Source of the DNA: Thalia democratica
Lineage: Eukaryota
DNA: 64,000 bases
Assembly: GCA_965202585.1 (NCBI GenBank)
Contig: OZ241829.1
Location: forward strand, 29,636,001-29,700,000
Direction: 5' to 3'
The notes below the pieces were generated by a model. The model saw only the letters and a list, made by a program, of their open reading frames with translations, had not been told where the DNA came from and ran no database searches. The stretch's first letter is position 1, and the number at the start of each line of letters is the position of its first letter. Of this stretch, positions 50,702 through 64,000 are shown piece by piece. A program made the translations under genes and the position numbers.

Positions 50702-53432
50702 CAGTGGCGTAGCGTGGTATTTTGGTCAGGGGGTGCGCAAGTTTTTTCTCAAAAAATCCTCTAATTTAAAACTTCTGGGCCGCAAATTTTTCGAAGTCAA
50801 TTTTCTCGGAAATTTAAAAAAATACTAAAAATCTATCTCCTACTTCATTTTTCAAGCAACCTTCTTCAAATTAAAAAAATAATTTCTTACGTTACAAGAA
50901 AAAAACGTTACTTATGAATTAAGATAATTAAAAAAAAAAGTCTTTTTTTTTCAGAAAAAATATATTTTACTACAAATTTTTTAATTCACAAGTAATGTTT
51001 TTTTTATTGTATAAAGATTAAACTGTTAAAGTTTGAAGAAGATTTCTAGAAAAATGTAGGAGGAGATAGATTTTAAACAAACTAGCCTTTTTCGCTGTTT
51101 TAGTTTTCCCTTCCAATAGGTAACCTATTATGCGGCCCGACTTTGACTGGTCATATCTCAAAAAATAATTAGAACTTTTGAAAAGAACAAAAAGAATCTT
51201 AAAGCTTAAAAAAATCTTTCAAATAAGATCAACTTCTAAAAAACATGGCTTACCCCCCTCCCCTATGGCCTCAAACTACAAATAAATAATCAACTAGTAT
51301 AACAATTAACACCTCAAAACATTTTTCTCTGTGCAATTTCTAAATAATGTTCAATACCCATTTTATATCAACAAAAAAGAATTGTATTAAACTCAAAATA
51401 ACTCATACTTTTAGTTTGTTGCAGCTTTTAATATACTATCTTTATCTTTTATATAAAAATGTTAAATCTTCAGTACTAAAATTGTAAATTTTAAATCTAT
51501 AATTTTTTTGTAGGAGAAATCTAAAGAGCTAGTTTTTTTTTTTCAACTTCTACATTTTTACCTATATTACAATATAAAACTGTAAAAATAAATCTTAATA
51601 AATGAAGAAAATCTGAAATATAAACATAAAACCTTCATACCACTTGAACTGCAGTCTTGAGTAATAGCAATATCTGGTATTGGTCTGCTATTTTTCAATT
51701 CAAGCTTTTGAAATTCAGATAATTTTCCTACCTGACATATTTTTAGACTTGCAAAATTTCATACAATATTACTTTGCACATTTTAGAAAATAATAATCTA
51801 AAAAATAATGAAAACAAATGTTTACTTTTTCTTTAATATTATAAAACATATTTTACAAAAAAAAAAAACAAAAAAAAAACTTTAAAGATATCAGGGTTGC
51901 CTTGCCACTCTTTGAGTCAAAATAACTGTCCTGAGCAGACATGTTAAAAAGCTCTGCTTTGTTTACTCGAACGTGAAATTACTAACTTAAAACAAACCAA
52001 AGTTTATACGCTTTATTGCTGAATTACCATAGTAACTATTAGCATTTTACCAACTCTGGTCCTGAGCTAGTTTAAAAATGTCATAAGTCATCATAAGCAT
52101 TTTAAATTCTATTACAGAATTTTTTTATTGTTTTCAAACTAATAGAAACTAAGCTTTATAACAAAGCTTTTAAAACCACTAAATCTACCCTGAGTAAAAA
52201 AAATAATAATTCTATCCTTAGTCAGCCTGAGCTTAAAAATACTTAAAAAATTCTGAGTTATCATGATTTTTACTGAGTCATACTAAAGTTTTCCAAAACT
52301 TCATAAAATCCTGAGTTATCCTGAGTGTGTGGAAGGATTTTACTAAATGTTTCTGATACAAAACAAAATGTTTGAAAGATAATTTTTTTAAGGTCAACTT
52401 TTTCAATGCTTTTAAAATTCACAAGAAGTATAATTTTTCACTTATCTTTAAGTCAGTTTTTCTAAGATCTCTAGAGAAAAGCATTTTTAAATACTACAAA
52501 CAGTTGGTAGAAAGAAATTTTTTTTAAATATCATTTAAAATTTGATTTAAAACAAATAAATTTTAATTTAAAACTAATCAACTATGTCTTTTAGAGTAAA
52601 AATTGATTGTAAAAATTTTGTTTTACAGTTGCTATAAATTCATTCATGATGTGACTAAAGAAATTTTAAAATTACTTGCTACAAAAATTGATTAATCTTT
52701 AAACTTTATGGCTGATAAAATAACAAAGTTTGATTTGTTTGTTATCTTAATAAAAAAAAATACTTTAAAAAAAAATTTTAAGTTTAGGTAATTTAAACAA
52801 TACTTTTTGTATAGTGAGATTAAAACTGTAATCACAGTATGAACTGTTTGTTTATCATTTTTTTTATTCTATTTTTTTATTGGTTTCTGTTTTTTTTATT
52901 TTTCTTTTAAATTATGTTGTTAATATTTTTTATTCTTATTATAAATTAGTTTTTATTTATTAGCAGTTGTTTATTGCTATTTTTACTACAGTTTGTTTAT
53001 TCTTGAATCATTATCACTATAAAACAGGTTTAGCTTTATGGTTTGTTAACAAAATGTTTGCATTTGTCCTTATAAAAAACCAGTCATAAGGTTATACTAC
53101 TGCGGTGCACTAACTAGTTGCGTACTGTTTGAGTCTAAATTCTTATGAAGTTAATGAAGTTAAAAAAATTTTCCTTATGGAGTTTTTCATCAACATCGGT
53201 GCGCATTTGCAATTACGCACCGAATCAGTATACTGGGTAATTTCCCTAACTTGTCACTTATTGGTATTCGAAGTTTCGTTTTACTTTTCGAATAGTAGAA
53301 AAACATAGTTGAAAAAAGGCAAATTAAGCAAAAAAAAAACAATAAAGGATAAAGATACTGCATTTTTTTTTTACTTATTTTTTTTTGGGGTGGCACGCAT
53401 GCGCCAGCGTCCCTCCCAACGCTACGCCCCTG
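50702..53432. mobile_element. Non-autonomous hAT-type DNA transposon (2731 bp)
   Basis: TIRs CAGTGGCGTAGCGT / ACGCTACGCCCCTG; 8-bp TSD CTTAGTAG at 50694-50701 and 53433-53440; absent from the duplicate copy near position 360; no transposase ORF. Confidence 0.9.
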
Positions 53433-54380
53433 CTTAGTAGTATGTATAAAAATAATATTACTGTGCTCAAAAATAATAATTTTTTAGCATTTAATTTAAC
53501 TACTTATTATTAGCATTACTTAATTATTAGAATCTACTTTTAGAATTTACGATTATTTTGTTTAACTTTTATTTTTCAGGTTTAAATTGTAACTGAATAT
53601 CCTTTAAAGGGTGAAACTTAGTTTTGAAACTAAAAATCTTTAATAATTAATTTTGTACTAAATACATGTAATAAATGTTCAATACTTAATATTTTTCAAA
53701 CTTTTTTTTTTAAATTTTGAGAATTCTAAAATGCGTAACTAAAGGAGAGTGCGTAACCAAAGGAGCGCGTAGATTCGCGAGAGGTGACTGTACTAAGGTT
53801 TTACATAAAAGAAAACAGGAAGTAAACATTACAATTTATTTTGATAAAAATACACAACTGATTATAAAGTTCTAAAGTTTAAAAAAATTATATTTTTTAT
53901 ACTCGCCAAATTTTACATTACAAATTGTTAAAGCTTAAAATTGGTTTTAAACTTATCATACATTAACGCTTGGCTTAATTGATAAACTTGAGTTCTCAAG
54001 TTCTTTGTAGTGAAGTTAAGTAAAAACAAAACAAAGGTAAACTCTTATAATTTATTACTTTATGTACTACATGTAAAAAAGCATTTTATTAATTTGTTTT
54101 TGTTAAAATTAATCTTTCGAATTAAAAAAAGTAAAAAAAAACATGCAGAACGGTTACAAAGTCACAGAAGACACCCAAATATATGTGCCTTGACAGCATG
54201 GTGCACAGTTTGCATAAGTCATATTTAGGTAAAGTAACTTAATCAAATTTTGTTTTAAGAAAAGGTATAAAGACTTTAAATAATTGATCAGTTAACTGAA
54301 AACGTTTAGTCGCCTAAAGTTTCAGGCTGGTGTCAGTAAAAAATTAAACAATTAACTTAATGAATGCTTTTAGTGATAGT

Positions 54381-57300
54381 CTAGCAATGGAAAAGCTCAA
54401 ATCGCAAGGTCCATTGTAGATAGTGTGTTACCAAAGTGATTCGAAAATATCTTGCAGTAACTGGCACTGGTAGCCTATTGATATGAGGCGTGTCATAGTG
54501 TTTATTTGCCATAAAAATCTACAAAATATTTACTTTAGTAAATTTACAAATACAAAATAATTAAGAGTTATTGATAAAAACTAATTGATTTTTAACATAC
54601 GTTTATTAAGTATGATTTGACCATTTTTTTTATCAGTTTCAACAAAACGGGTTGTTAACCAGATTTCGAATTTTTAACAAATTATTTTCACCTCGTAATA
54701 AAAAAGTTGCATAGTACTAGGAGCAAAAACAATCAAATATTAGGTAAAGTAAAGTGGTTTATGAAAACTAAAGTTGTTTTTACGAATAAAAATAATCTCT
54801 TACCAATAAAAGTATATATCACCGTTTTAAGTCAAATTTTTTTTTAGTCATATCAAACCCAAAAACGTGTTGTAGCTGGTGTAGGTTAGTTTACATTTAC
54901 AGTAAAAATCTTTTTGACTTAGTTATGTAAGTTAATTTGTCCTGGACAAGACGTTAAAGTGTATCCAAGTGGTGTGCGACTCGATAACCGAAATGTTTTT
55001 TCGTGCACTAGGTCCTAATATTTTGTGTGCTTTTTGTCGTTCAATAAACAATAATAATAGAAAGTTAAGCTAATAAAACTAGTAAAAAGCGTTCAAATGT
55101 CACTGTTCTTTTAAAATTTTTGGTGAAAATATAAAAACATGCTTGCAATTTACATATCCAATTCCCTAATTTTAATGCTAAGTTATTTATGATTGCGTTT
55201 TAGGATTACACGATGTAGAAATGTTGATGGCAGTTCTCTAGTAATCATTATGAAGAAATAGTATGAATAGAGATATTTTTAGTAACTTTACTAAAACTTA
55301 CAAATATTTTTTTGTGATGAAAAAAAGAGGTGATACAATATTTTACTCGTTTTTATTCTTGCTATATACAATTTTAATTTTTTGTCTGTCTATTTAAATA
55401 CTTTAGATAGTAAAAAAAAAAGTTCACTTTAATAGGTTGACAACAAAGTATAAGTACATTAAGCAAGAAAACAAAATTGACGTTTTCTTAATAACAAGAA
55501 TCTTCATTTAAAAAACAAAGTATCCTTTTTCTTGATTAAAAAATAAAATTAAAGAAATAATAAAACTGAAACTGGTTTAAAATATTTTTTATTCAAGACA
55601 ATGCTGTAGAAATTTGAAGTATTCTTTTATAATTGGAATAAAAATATTTTTTAGGATTTCAAACACATATACCATAAAAACTTGAATTAGTATTTTTTGA
55701 TTTTACCGGGAATTAAAGATCATCTAAACTATTTTTTTTGTATTTTTGACATATTAAATGTCTTTTAGACATAAGCTGCTTTGATATCCCATCTTTTATA
55801 TTCTACGAATAAACTTTTAACATATGCGCCAAATACTTATTTGATAAATTTAAAATTCTCTATGAAATTTAGATAACGTTTGAAAAACTTTTAGTTTTGT
55901 TTGCAATAACGAACAAGTCAAAAAATAAATTCGACTAGATTTGAAAAAAACTAGAAAAATAAGAACGTTTTAAACTTACAACAATTTTTCCACTTCCGTC
56001 AACTACATTTTGTAATTCGTCTTCAGAGTTAGTTTTATACTGGCAAGAATAAGAAGTCGTATATGGATTTTTACCTCTTCCCTGCGTTGCAACTTTGTGA
56101 ATTGTTCTTTCTAATACAAGGTCTACTTGAATCCATTTCTCTTTTAGGGATGTTTTAAGTTAGTGAAAAAATGCATTGAAATATCACTAACAACTAATAA
56201 AAGCAGTGTTTACTTAAAAGAAGATAAAACATCACTAATATTATATTGAATGGTATATTTGTTCCCAGTTACAAAAAAACATAATTTCCAACGTTACATA
56301 GTAAATGCCGTAGCTTTTAAAGTTAAGTTTAAACCGTTTTTTAGAAAAATACTCAAATTCCGTATTGAATGTAGGTATTCAAAATATTTTCTTTTAGAAA
56401 AAGTAGCCGTAAGTTTTTTTTTTCGATCTAAAAGCACTGTATGAAAATCGAAAACCTGATTGAATGAGAAAAGTGCGCTAACCTGGAGCTCGATGAAAAA
56501 TGGTCCAAGCGAATGGTTCAAATTCGAACAGTCGAGCAAACTGCGGACCAAACCTGCATTTTGTTGGCGTTTCTTCGTAACAATCGTCGACATCGTCGTA
56601 AGCGTAACCGCTTGCAGTCACTTGGCTGTTGGTGATGGTGCCGCTGGTCATTCCCAAACCGCACGCTTCAACTGTGATTTTTGGTGTGAGTTCAGCTTTA
56701 CTGGTTCAACTTAGAAACTGCTTGTTTTTAAAAGTTTAGCTTTTTTTGTCAAGGGCTCTGAGGTTTTATAGTTCATGTGTGGTACAACGACAAGTTTTTT
56801 CTCGTAGCCCGTTTTAACAAGTGGTCTAAAGTGACTTATTGTATAAAATTAAAATCACATAACATCACTCACGTAAAACGACTTAAACGCTTTGCAAAGC
56901 AAACCACATGGTTTCAAGTTGTCTACAATAACAAAACGTCTCTCAAAAGTACTGACGATACTAATTCTTACTTGATAATGAAATTTTTGAACATAAAAAT
57001 ATTAACCGACCTTCGGCCTTAACGGCGGCTCTGTCGCACCCCGGGGGGTTCACCCAATCTCCAAGCCCGGGATTTTCTTCGGTCACATTGCACTGGGCAA
57101 TTCCGCTGCTCACTGTTTTATCGCAAAACTTGGAGCTTTCGCAAACAAAGTCAAACTCCTCCGTGCTCACGTACTTTCCCGGTACCACGACGGGATCTCT
57201 CGGTGTTAAAGTGTCCAGGCACAAGGAGTACTGCAAGTCCGGACACTCTGTCGCGTTAAATTTCAGTACACTTCAGTTGCCTGAGCGGACGCACAAAAAT

Positions 57301-60300
57301 AGTTTGAAAACTAACGCATTAGATTAATGCCATAAAGTAGAAACGATTATAGCTGATACGTGTACAATAAACTTAAAATAAATACATTACACTATGTATT
57401 CTTTATTAGTGTTCCCTTTCTATTTTATTAATATTTTAATCTGACTTGAAAGTGTTAAATAAATATTTTTCTCCGTTTTACGTATGCCATAAACCATTAA
57501 AAACAGAAAACAAAGCAGCTAAGTCATTATCAACTTAAACTGAAACAAATGATATTGTTTTCATACCTTTCACACATATAGGAGCCTCAGAACTACTCCA
57601 TTGTCCGTCGTGGTCGCAAATGTTTATATTTGAAGAGCCTGGCCACACAACCAAGCCGTTTTTGCACCTGTACTCGACTACAGTGTTGGTCAGCATTCTA
57701 CCATCCGCTTCACTGCTAGAAATGACAAAAAAATCAGTTTCGTCGTTTTCTGGTAAATCTTGGCATTCTGTGTAAATAAGAGCTTTGATGAAAGCAGTTG
57801 TTATTTAAAAAAAATATGTTGCAGATGTCTCTTACAGTTTTCAAACCGTGTAAAGTTTATAATTTGGATTTTAAAGAATATACACAATTTTTAAATTTTT
57901 TGTTACTATACACTAAAAGAAAGCTTTGAATAAAGAAGCAAATTTTTTTTTTAAGTTTTATATTTAAACCACAGCTTTGATATAATTAAAATTTTAGTTC
58001 TTAATCTTTTTAAACTTATCAAGCCAAAGAACTTAAAGTTTTCAATTATATAACTTTAAAATATAATTTACTATTAGGCTTTTTTGGTAAAAACTTAGAC
58101 TATTTTATTTTATTGAATTACAAAATAAAACTGTGCTTCGGTTGTCAAGTCTAAAAAAAAGTGCTATTTATAACGCTTGCCAAAATAACAGACTAGCAAA
58201 AACTTTAAGAGTGTAGCATAGACGTAAAATTTAAGAACTCAAACTCATTTGTTTAACACAGAAACTGTAGAAAAGTGAAAGGTTGTCTACCGTTTAATAG
58301 GATTTTCAATTAAAGAACACCTCTATTCAAAATTCAAAACATTGAACCTTTAAGGCAGGCTGCGCGGTCCTTCCACCCCATCGTTGTGCACTCTATCCGT
58401 CCGGTGTCGGGCCGAGGTATGGCTCCCGGGTCGCACGTGAACTCGACGGTTTCGCCGTGCGTGTACTTCTGATCCGCGTCGAAATGGTACTTTCCGTTGT
58501 GGAAGTCAGGAAGCGGACTCGGACAATCTGTTCGAGTCATTCCATTCATTTATGCGAATAATTTACTTTTGTGTTATTGAGAACTTGAATTTTTATGATG
58601 GTTAGAATGATTTATTGTTTTTTTATAAATTTGTCAAAAACTAATCCGTAGAGAAGTGGAGTTAAAAAATTTATAATGTAGATGATTTAGTTTAGATTAA
58701 AGATTGCTTTCCAATTATTTTAAATACAAAGCCTAATTGTTTTTATGCACATGCAAACATAAATGATTCTATACATTAATAAAATTACTTTCAAAGTATA
58801 ATAAAACTTTTAATATTATAATTGATGGCATATATTACGAAATAATGAGAATAAATATATTATGAGAAATATTAAGTAAAAATAAAAACATGTTTTTTTT
58901 TTTGTTTTTAACACAAGTACAAAACACGTTTTTTTGATGTTTAAAAAAAACATCTTTTTCTAAACTTAAAATTTACAAATGTTTTAATTTTATAACAAAC
59001 TGTGATATGTAAAGCAGACAATTTTATTATATTAGTAACAATCATATTAATAATCATTTTTCAAACTATTTTAAATCTCACATTAGTTCTAAACGTGTTT
59101 TATTTTTTTCTTTGCAAACTTACCTTAGTTATATGAAAAAAAAATCTTAAAATGTACAATCTTGTCAATGAAATTACGCCATTTTCAGTTTGAAACCTAC
59201 CGTCGTATACAAAATTTTTGTCTATTACGAGAGCATTAAAGTTTCCATCGTATTTACATTCCGCCCAGCTCGGAACCGCAGCGTGTTCTGGAAATCTGCC
59301 AGTAAGTACAGCCCAAGATTCTGAGTTGCCTAAAAAAAAACGATTTCACCAGGTTTGCCAGGAGTAATATTTTGAAGTAGGGCTTTTAAAAACCTGGAAA
59401 TAGTGTGCAGTCTTTCAAACGATCAATACCGAGTCTTCTCATAGTGTCAAACACCGGACCATCAGTGTTAATATTTTTCTCTGCGGCTGCTTGCCCACGT
59501 ACTGTCATCATGATAATGTCCCCGTAACTTGAGTTATTTAATATAAAATCTGACATTCGTACAATCTGAAATTTAAGAACTAAATTGTATTTTGGTTTCT
59601 ATGTCAAAAAGTGTAGATGATGTTTGGTATTTTTAGCATGTGTTTTCGTACAAGATGTTATAAAGTGTATAGTGTTAAACAATTATTAAATACTATTTTT
59701 CAGTTTAAAGCAAAAATTTTTTTTTCTAGCATGCTGTACAGAAGTTAGTACCTCATGTATTATTGTTATAACTTAGATTTCTAAATAATAAAAACTAAAA
59801 TTAAGAAAGAGTAGTTTTTTTCTTATGGATTTGGATTTATGTAAATAATATAAAGTCTAAATACAATAAAGTTTATATAAAACCTTTCTAAAAATAAAAA
59901 ACGGAAATTTCTGTTATACTTTTAGCTGCGTAATTACAAAAATATTTCTAGAGTTATTAAACAAAGCTTCAACTCAGCGTGGAATATCTTAAAGTTATTT
60001 TACTGAATTAAATAAAAAAAGCTTCTAAAACAAAAACTCTAATTTTTGCTAAACCGTGCTTAAAGTCTGAAACAAAATTTATCAAAAAAAAACTGTACAT
60101 GTTCGTGACCCCGGACAGTGTCAAACTTCATCGATTGGATAGTTCTAGTAATTGGATCGAGTATGGCAACGCCGATTCCTCTGGTACTATCGCACAAATT
60201 GTTCCCACCCTTTTCAAACTTGATTACGCAATTCTGTCCCAAAGCATTCGTGTCATATCCTCGTGATAAGCCATAAGCATACAACTCAGCTGAAATTGAA

Positions 60301-63300
60301 GCATTTAAACAGTTACGTTTCGCGTTTACGTTTTCTGCTTGTGCCTGTATAACAGCTAGCTTACTTGGCTCGCAGACCGGGGGCTCAGTGTGATCCCAGG
60401 TACCATCATCTTGACAGGTTATTTCTTCCGGATACTCGCCAGCCATTTCGTGAAACTTGTCGCACTCGTAGCTGTGCACAGTTGTTCCGGGTAACCAAAC
60501 TTCATCGGCTGTTTCGTATGTAACTTGGTACTTCGAATAACCGGTTGTGGGTGGGTCTGGACAAACTGTGTTAAACAGCATGGTTTTAACGCTCTTTTTT
60601 GTTGAGTTTTGTAGACAAAACTTTGCTTAGTTTGAAGAATTTCAACTCATAGTTTTATAAAATCCTAAAATTTTTCATTTTAAAAAATTAAAAATTGTTT
60701 AAAGAGACGCTGGTTTTCGTTTGGTGTTAAGCTTTAAAAGTTATTTATTCTGGATAAGTTACTTTGTCCGATAAAATTGATATACACTGTTGAAATTTTG
60801 CGAAAATTAGGTACTTTTAATATTTTATCTTTATTATGAATACTTTTTTATGATTTTTGTTTGTTACCTACAAAATAAATATAAATAAAAAAGAAGCAGA
60901 TTATTTGTGTAAACAAACGTTAAGATTAAAACTATAAATTATTCATTATCACTTAAAGTTTAGTTACAAATGTAAAATTTAAGTTCAAGGAACAAACTAT
61001 AAACACCTTAAGTTATAAAAGTCATTTAAGATTTTGACAATTGCTACATTTTTGATCTTTAAAGTATTTAGTTTTAATGCACAAACTAAGATGTTTTGAT
61101 AGTGTCAAAAATTGTTTTAATAAAAATCTTAATACTCTGACTCGGCTATCTTGTTAATTAGAAACATATTTAAGTTCATTAAACGAAAATTAACTGTACT
61201 TAAGAACCTTATTGTTGTATAAACAAGCTTTCTAATTCAGCAAACGTCGTTCTTACTGAAATTCATGTGACTTACGCTTGGAACATTTAGCTTGCGCACC
61301 CCAACCGGTTTCTCCACACTCAATCACACCACTTAGTGGCCATGCTCCACTGTCGCATTTAAAACCAACGGTATCACCTTGAGCGTAGTTGCTTGAAAGT
61401 TCTTCGTCGTAGTCTCCGTTTGCAAATTCCGATGGCTTTGAACACGCTGTAATGATCAAACAGTTGAGGGTTTGAGCAAACAAAGTTTGCCAGCAGTTAA
61501 ATACGACCTTTTATTTTTGATAAAGTCAATGCAAGAAAGACGTAAATGTAAGTCCGTAGTAAATAACTTTAGATAATAAAAGTAAGATGTCATTTAAATC
61601 ACCTTCAATGAAAAAACAAACTAGTTAGGTCACTAACTTTACCTTAACATAAGACAGATAAGCAGTATGAAATATACAGAACTGACATATAGGTACACAA
61701 GTAGCCAAATCTTCTGTTGACACGCTGAAGAGTCCACTTCCAAGGCACTCTGTAGAAAGTGCTTTGGAGTTTTCTCCGTGAGCAAAATACCCGGTATTGC
61801 ATTCGTAACTCAAAGTAGTTCCTTCCGTAACATACTTTTCAGGATTATTGAAAGTTCCGTCAACTATCTCTGGCGGATCATTACAAACTGAAATAATATT
61901 CAATAAGTTTTTAAGCTTTAATGACTAAAGACAAATTGATCATCAAATTAAAAACTAATGCTCTCCTCTTGATAATTTTTTTAATGCTTATTGTTTAATA
62001 AAGCTGAACAAGTTATCAAAGTAAAACACTCGTAACTTTTTAGAATTAGAAAGCGAGTTTTTAAAGTTTTTGGTTTTATCAAACTTAGCCAGAAACTTTT
62101 TTATTTAATAGTCATCTATTATTACACAAAATTAAAACTGTATATGTTTCAGAAATTTATAATTTCTAAATCTACTTATTAAAATACTGTTTTAAAAAAC
62201 TTAGCATTCTTAGATTTCAATTTGCTTTTACATTACTACTGGCAGATTCTTACTAGTAGTCCCAAGTTGTGTTGCTGAAATTTGAATTACCTTACCTAAC
62301 AGCTCTAAAACTTAAATGAAATAGTTTTTTTTATAATTATATTCAATTTCTTCTATACTGCTAAGAATTTATTAAGTAAGCCTATATAAATAGTATATCC
62401 ATTTTAAAATTAAAATTTTATTTTCAAGATATGATTCATTTAAGTTTTTATAACAATTTGAATTGTAAGATTTCAAATGTCGAAATTTAACTGTCAAGTA
62501 ATTTTATTTACAATATAATACGAAAAATCTAACGCTTAGTTAAGTAAGTATTTATAGTTATGCCGCAAAAACTGATAAATCTTTAACTAAACCCATACTT
62601 AAAAATAAAAATCACTTAAAAAGTTCAAAGTTTGATAAAAGACTTATAAAACGCACAATTAAAGTTACCTAAGACTTGTAAATACATTTTAGTGGTAGTT
62701 TCGTTGTTACAAACTTTTATTTTTAATTTAACTAGATTTTAAGTATACCTCAATTATTGTTTAATTTAGTTACCTTATATTTATGTAAAATGATACAATC
62801 ACTACGATAGAAAAAGTGGTAATTTAAGTACAAAAACTTAATATTGGAACAATAATTAATTCTAAAAATTATATTCTGCAGAAAGCTTAGATAATATAAT
62901 CTTATAATCAATGTTTATAGATGTGAAATACCTCTAAACTTAGATACCTTAGTGTTGTATAAACTAACAAAAGTATTACAAGGAAAAAGTAAAAACAATT
63001 ATGTTAATACTTACTCTTTAAGCATCTCATTGGGTTGGCTGTGTCGAAAGGTGGTGAAAGTGCTCCATTTTGGCAAGTTCTTTTTGGCACATCGGTCGAA
63101 AGGGAAGCATACCCTTCTGAACAGTTGTAAGTTGTACTTTGGCCATGATTAATCGGCGCTGCTGGATATGGCTGAGAGTTCGTTACAGTATGAAAATCAT
63201 TGCAATCTGAAATTATTTTAGTGCTTTGATCTTTAAATTTTTAAAGTATTTTTCAATATTGTTATTTGTTTTTACTTGCTGACTTATATGTGCAATATTC

Positions 63301-64000
63301 TAAAGTGCATATTATATTAAGATAGTTTTTTACGGTAAGATGGCGGTACTGATTACATTTATGTAATGAATTATGTAGCTTTAGAAGTTTTCAATATAAA
63401 ACTTTTGTATTCAAATAAGTTTTAATTACTGTTAAGACTTTAATTACGTTCTGTTCTTTAAGTTACCAAAAGTTACAGTAAAACTTCATTTGAAGCCGAA
63501 AAACTTTAGATTTTTAGACTATGAAAAACTTAACATTTTAGAAATATGAATTAAAACAAATTCCACTATGTTAGTGTTTTCAACTTACTTTGGTAACATA
63601 TGACTTCAGTATCTGGATTGAGCTCGCCGTCATTACAAGTTCTAGTATCGTCCCCGGTCAGTGTGTAGTTTTCATTGCATTCAAAAGTTACAGTTTCTGA
63701 AGAAATATAAACCGTCCTACCGTCTTTAGTATCACCGTTCGCAGGCTTGGTTATTGTGCACTCTGTTTATAACAGTACTTTGGTTTTAAAGTTTGTAGCA
63801 AACAATAATGCTTAAAAGCTATAATTTAAGATTTATATCAATTTTAATGAAATTTTGCAAGTCGAATTGAACTTCTAACAAACATGTTAAAACCTTTTTG
63901 TTTGATAAACTTGAATAAGTATAACTGAAGCTGAAACACTTTTATTAATTTTACAAAAAAAAAACACAAAGAAGTTAAAAAACCAAAAAATACTCTTATT
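54381..64000 (-). CDS. Copy 2 of the CCP-ILEI-FA58C gene (3' part; continues beyond the window)
   Basis: Exons 54381-54518, 55980-56140, 56483-56671, 57011-57247, 57567-57767, 58348-58527, 59201-59329, 59394-59565, 60099-60289, 60365-60565, 61276-61446, 61687-61887, 63015-63206, 63589-63762. Frames and splice sites are intact. Confidence 0.88.

Larger units (their letters stand above)
50327..64000 (+). repeat. Large direct duplication of positions 1-~10793
   Basis: Position 1 aligns to 50327 (tcaatt..aaaatctgtcaaataaatatcttt). The offset becomes 53073-53207 after a 2.7-kb TE, and a 98-bp indel lies at 62030-62127. Introns and exons are colinear with scattered substitutions. Confidence 0.97.

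Noticed and set aside
53190-53396. ORF inside the hAT element as a transposase
   Set aside because: Short and low-complexity with no DDE or BED motifs; the element is non-autonomous.

Overview
AT-rich, intron-containing animal DNA; an invertebrate, possibly a tunicate, though the taxon is only a guess. All coding exons I could reconstruct by hand are on the minus strand. (1) 43209-50028: a spliced gene of at least 12 exons encoding an EGF-like module followed by a full-length heparin lyase I (heparinase I, polysaccharide lyase family PL13)-like domain. The R-x-E, QWH, GGxP, WxxFxxxIxWxxYG and IGxN...YxKFGxY motifs are retained. This is a bacterial-type enzyme in a genuinely eukaryotic gene and is the main finding. 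(2) 1308-38631: a giant, apparently secreted gene with the architecture signal peptide - 45 Sushi/CCP - ILEI/PANDER (GG-type) domain - 3 CCP - F5/8 type C (discoidin) - stop. Twenty of its CCP exons come from a near-perfect array of ten 1482-bp units. (3) 50327-64000 is a near-identical second copy of 1-~10793, so the two-gene block appears to be a ~50-53 kb tandem unit; an uncollapsed haplotype is the alternative. There are also two non-autonomous hAT elements with 8-bp TSDs and several foldback MITEs. Exon boundaries were derived manually from GT-AG sites and phase continuity. The lyase gene's start exon was not found and the CCP gene's 5' exons are tentative.
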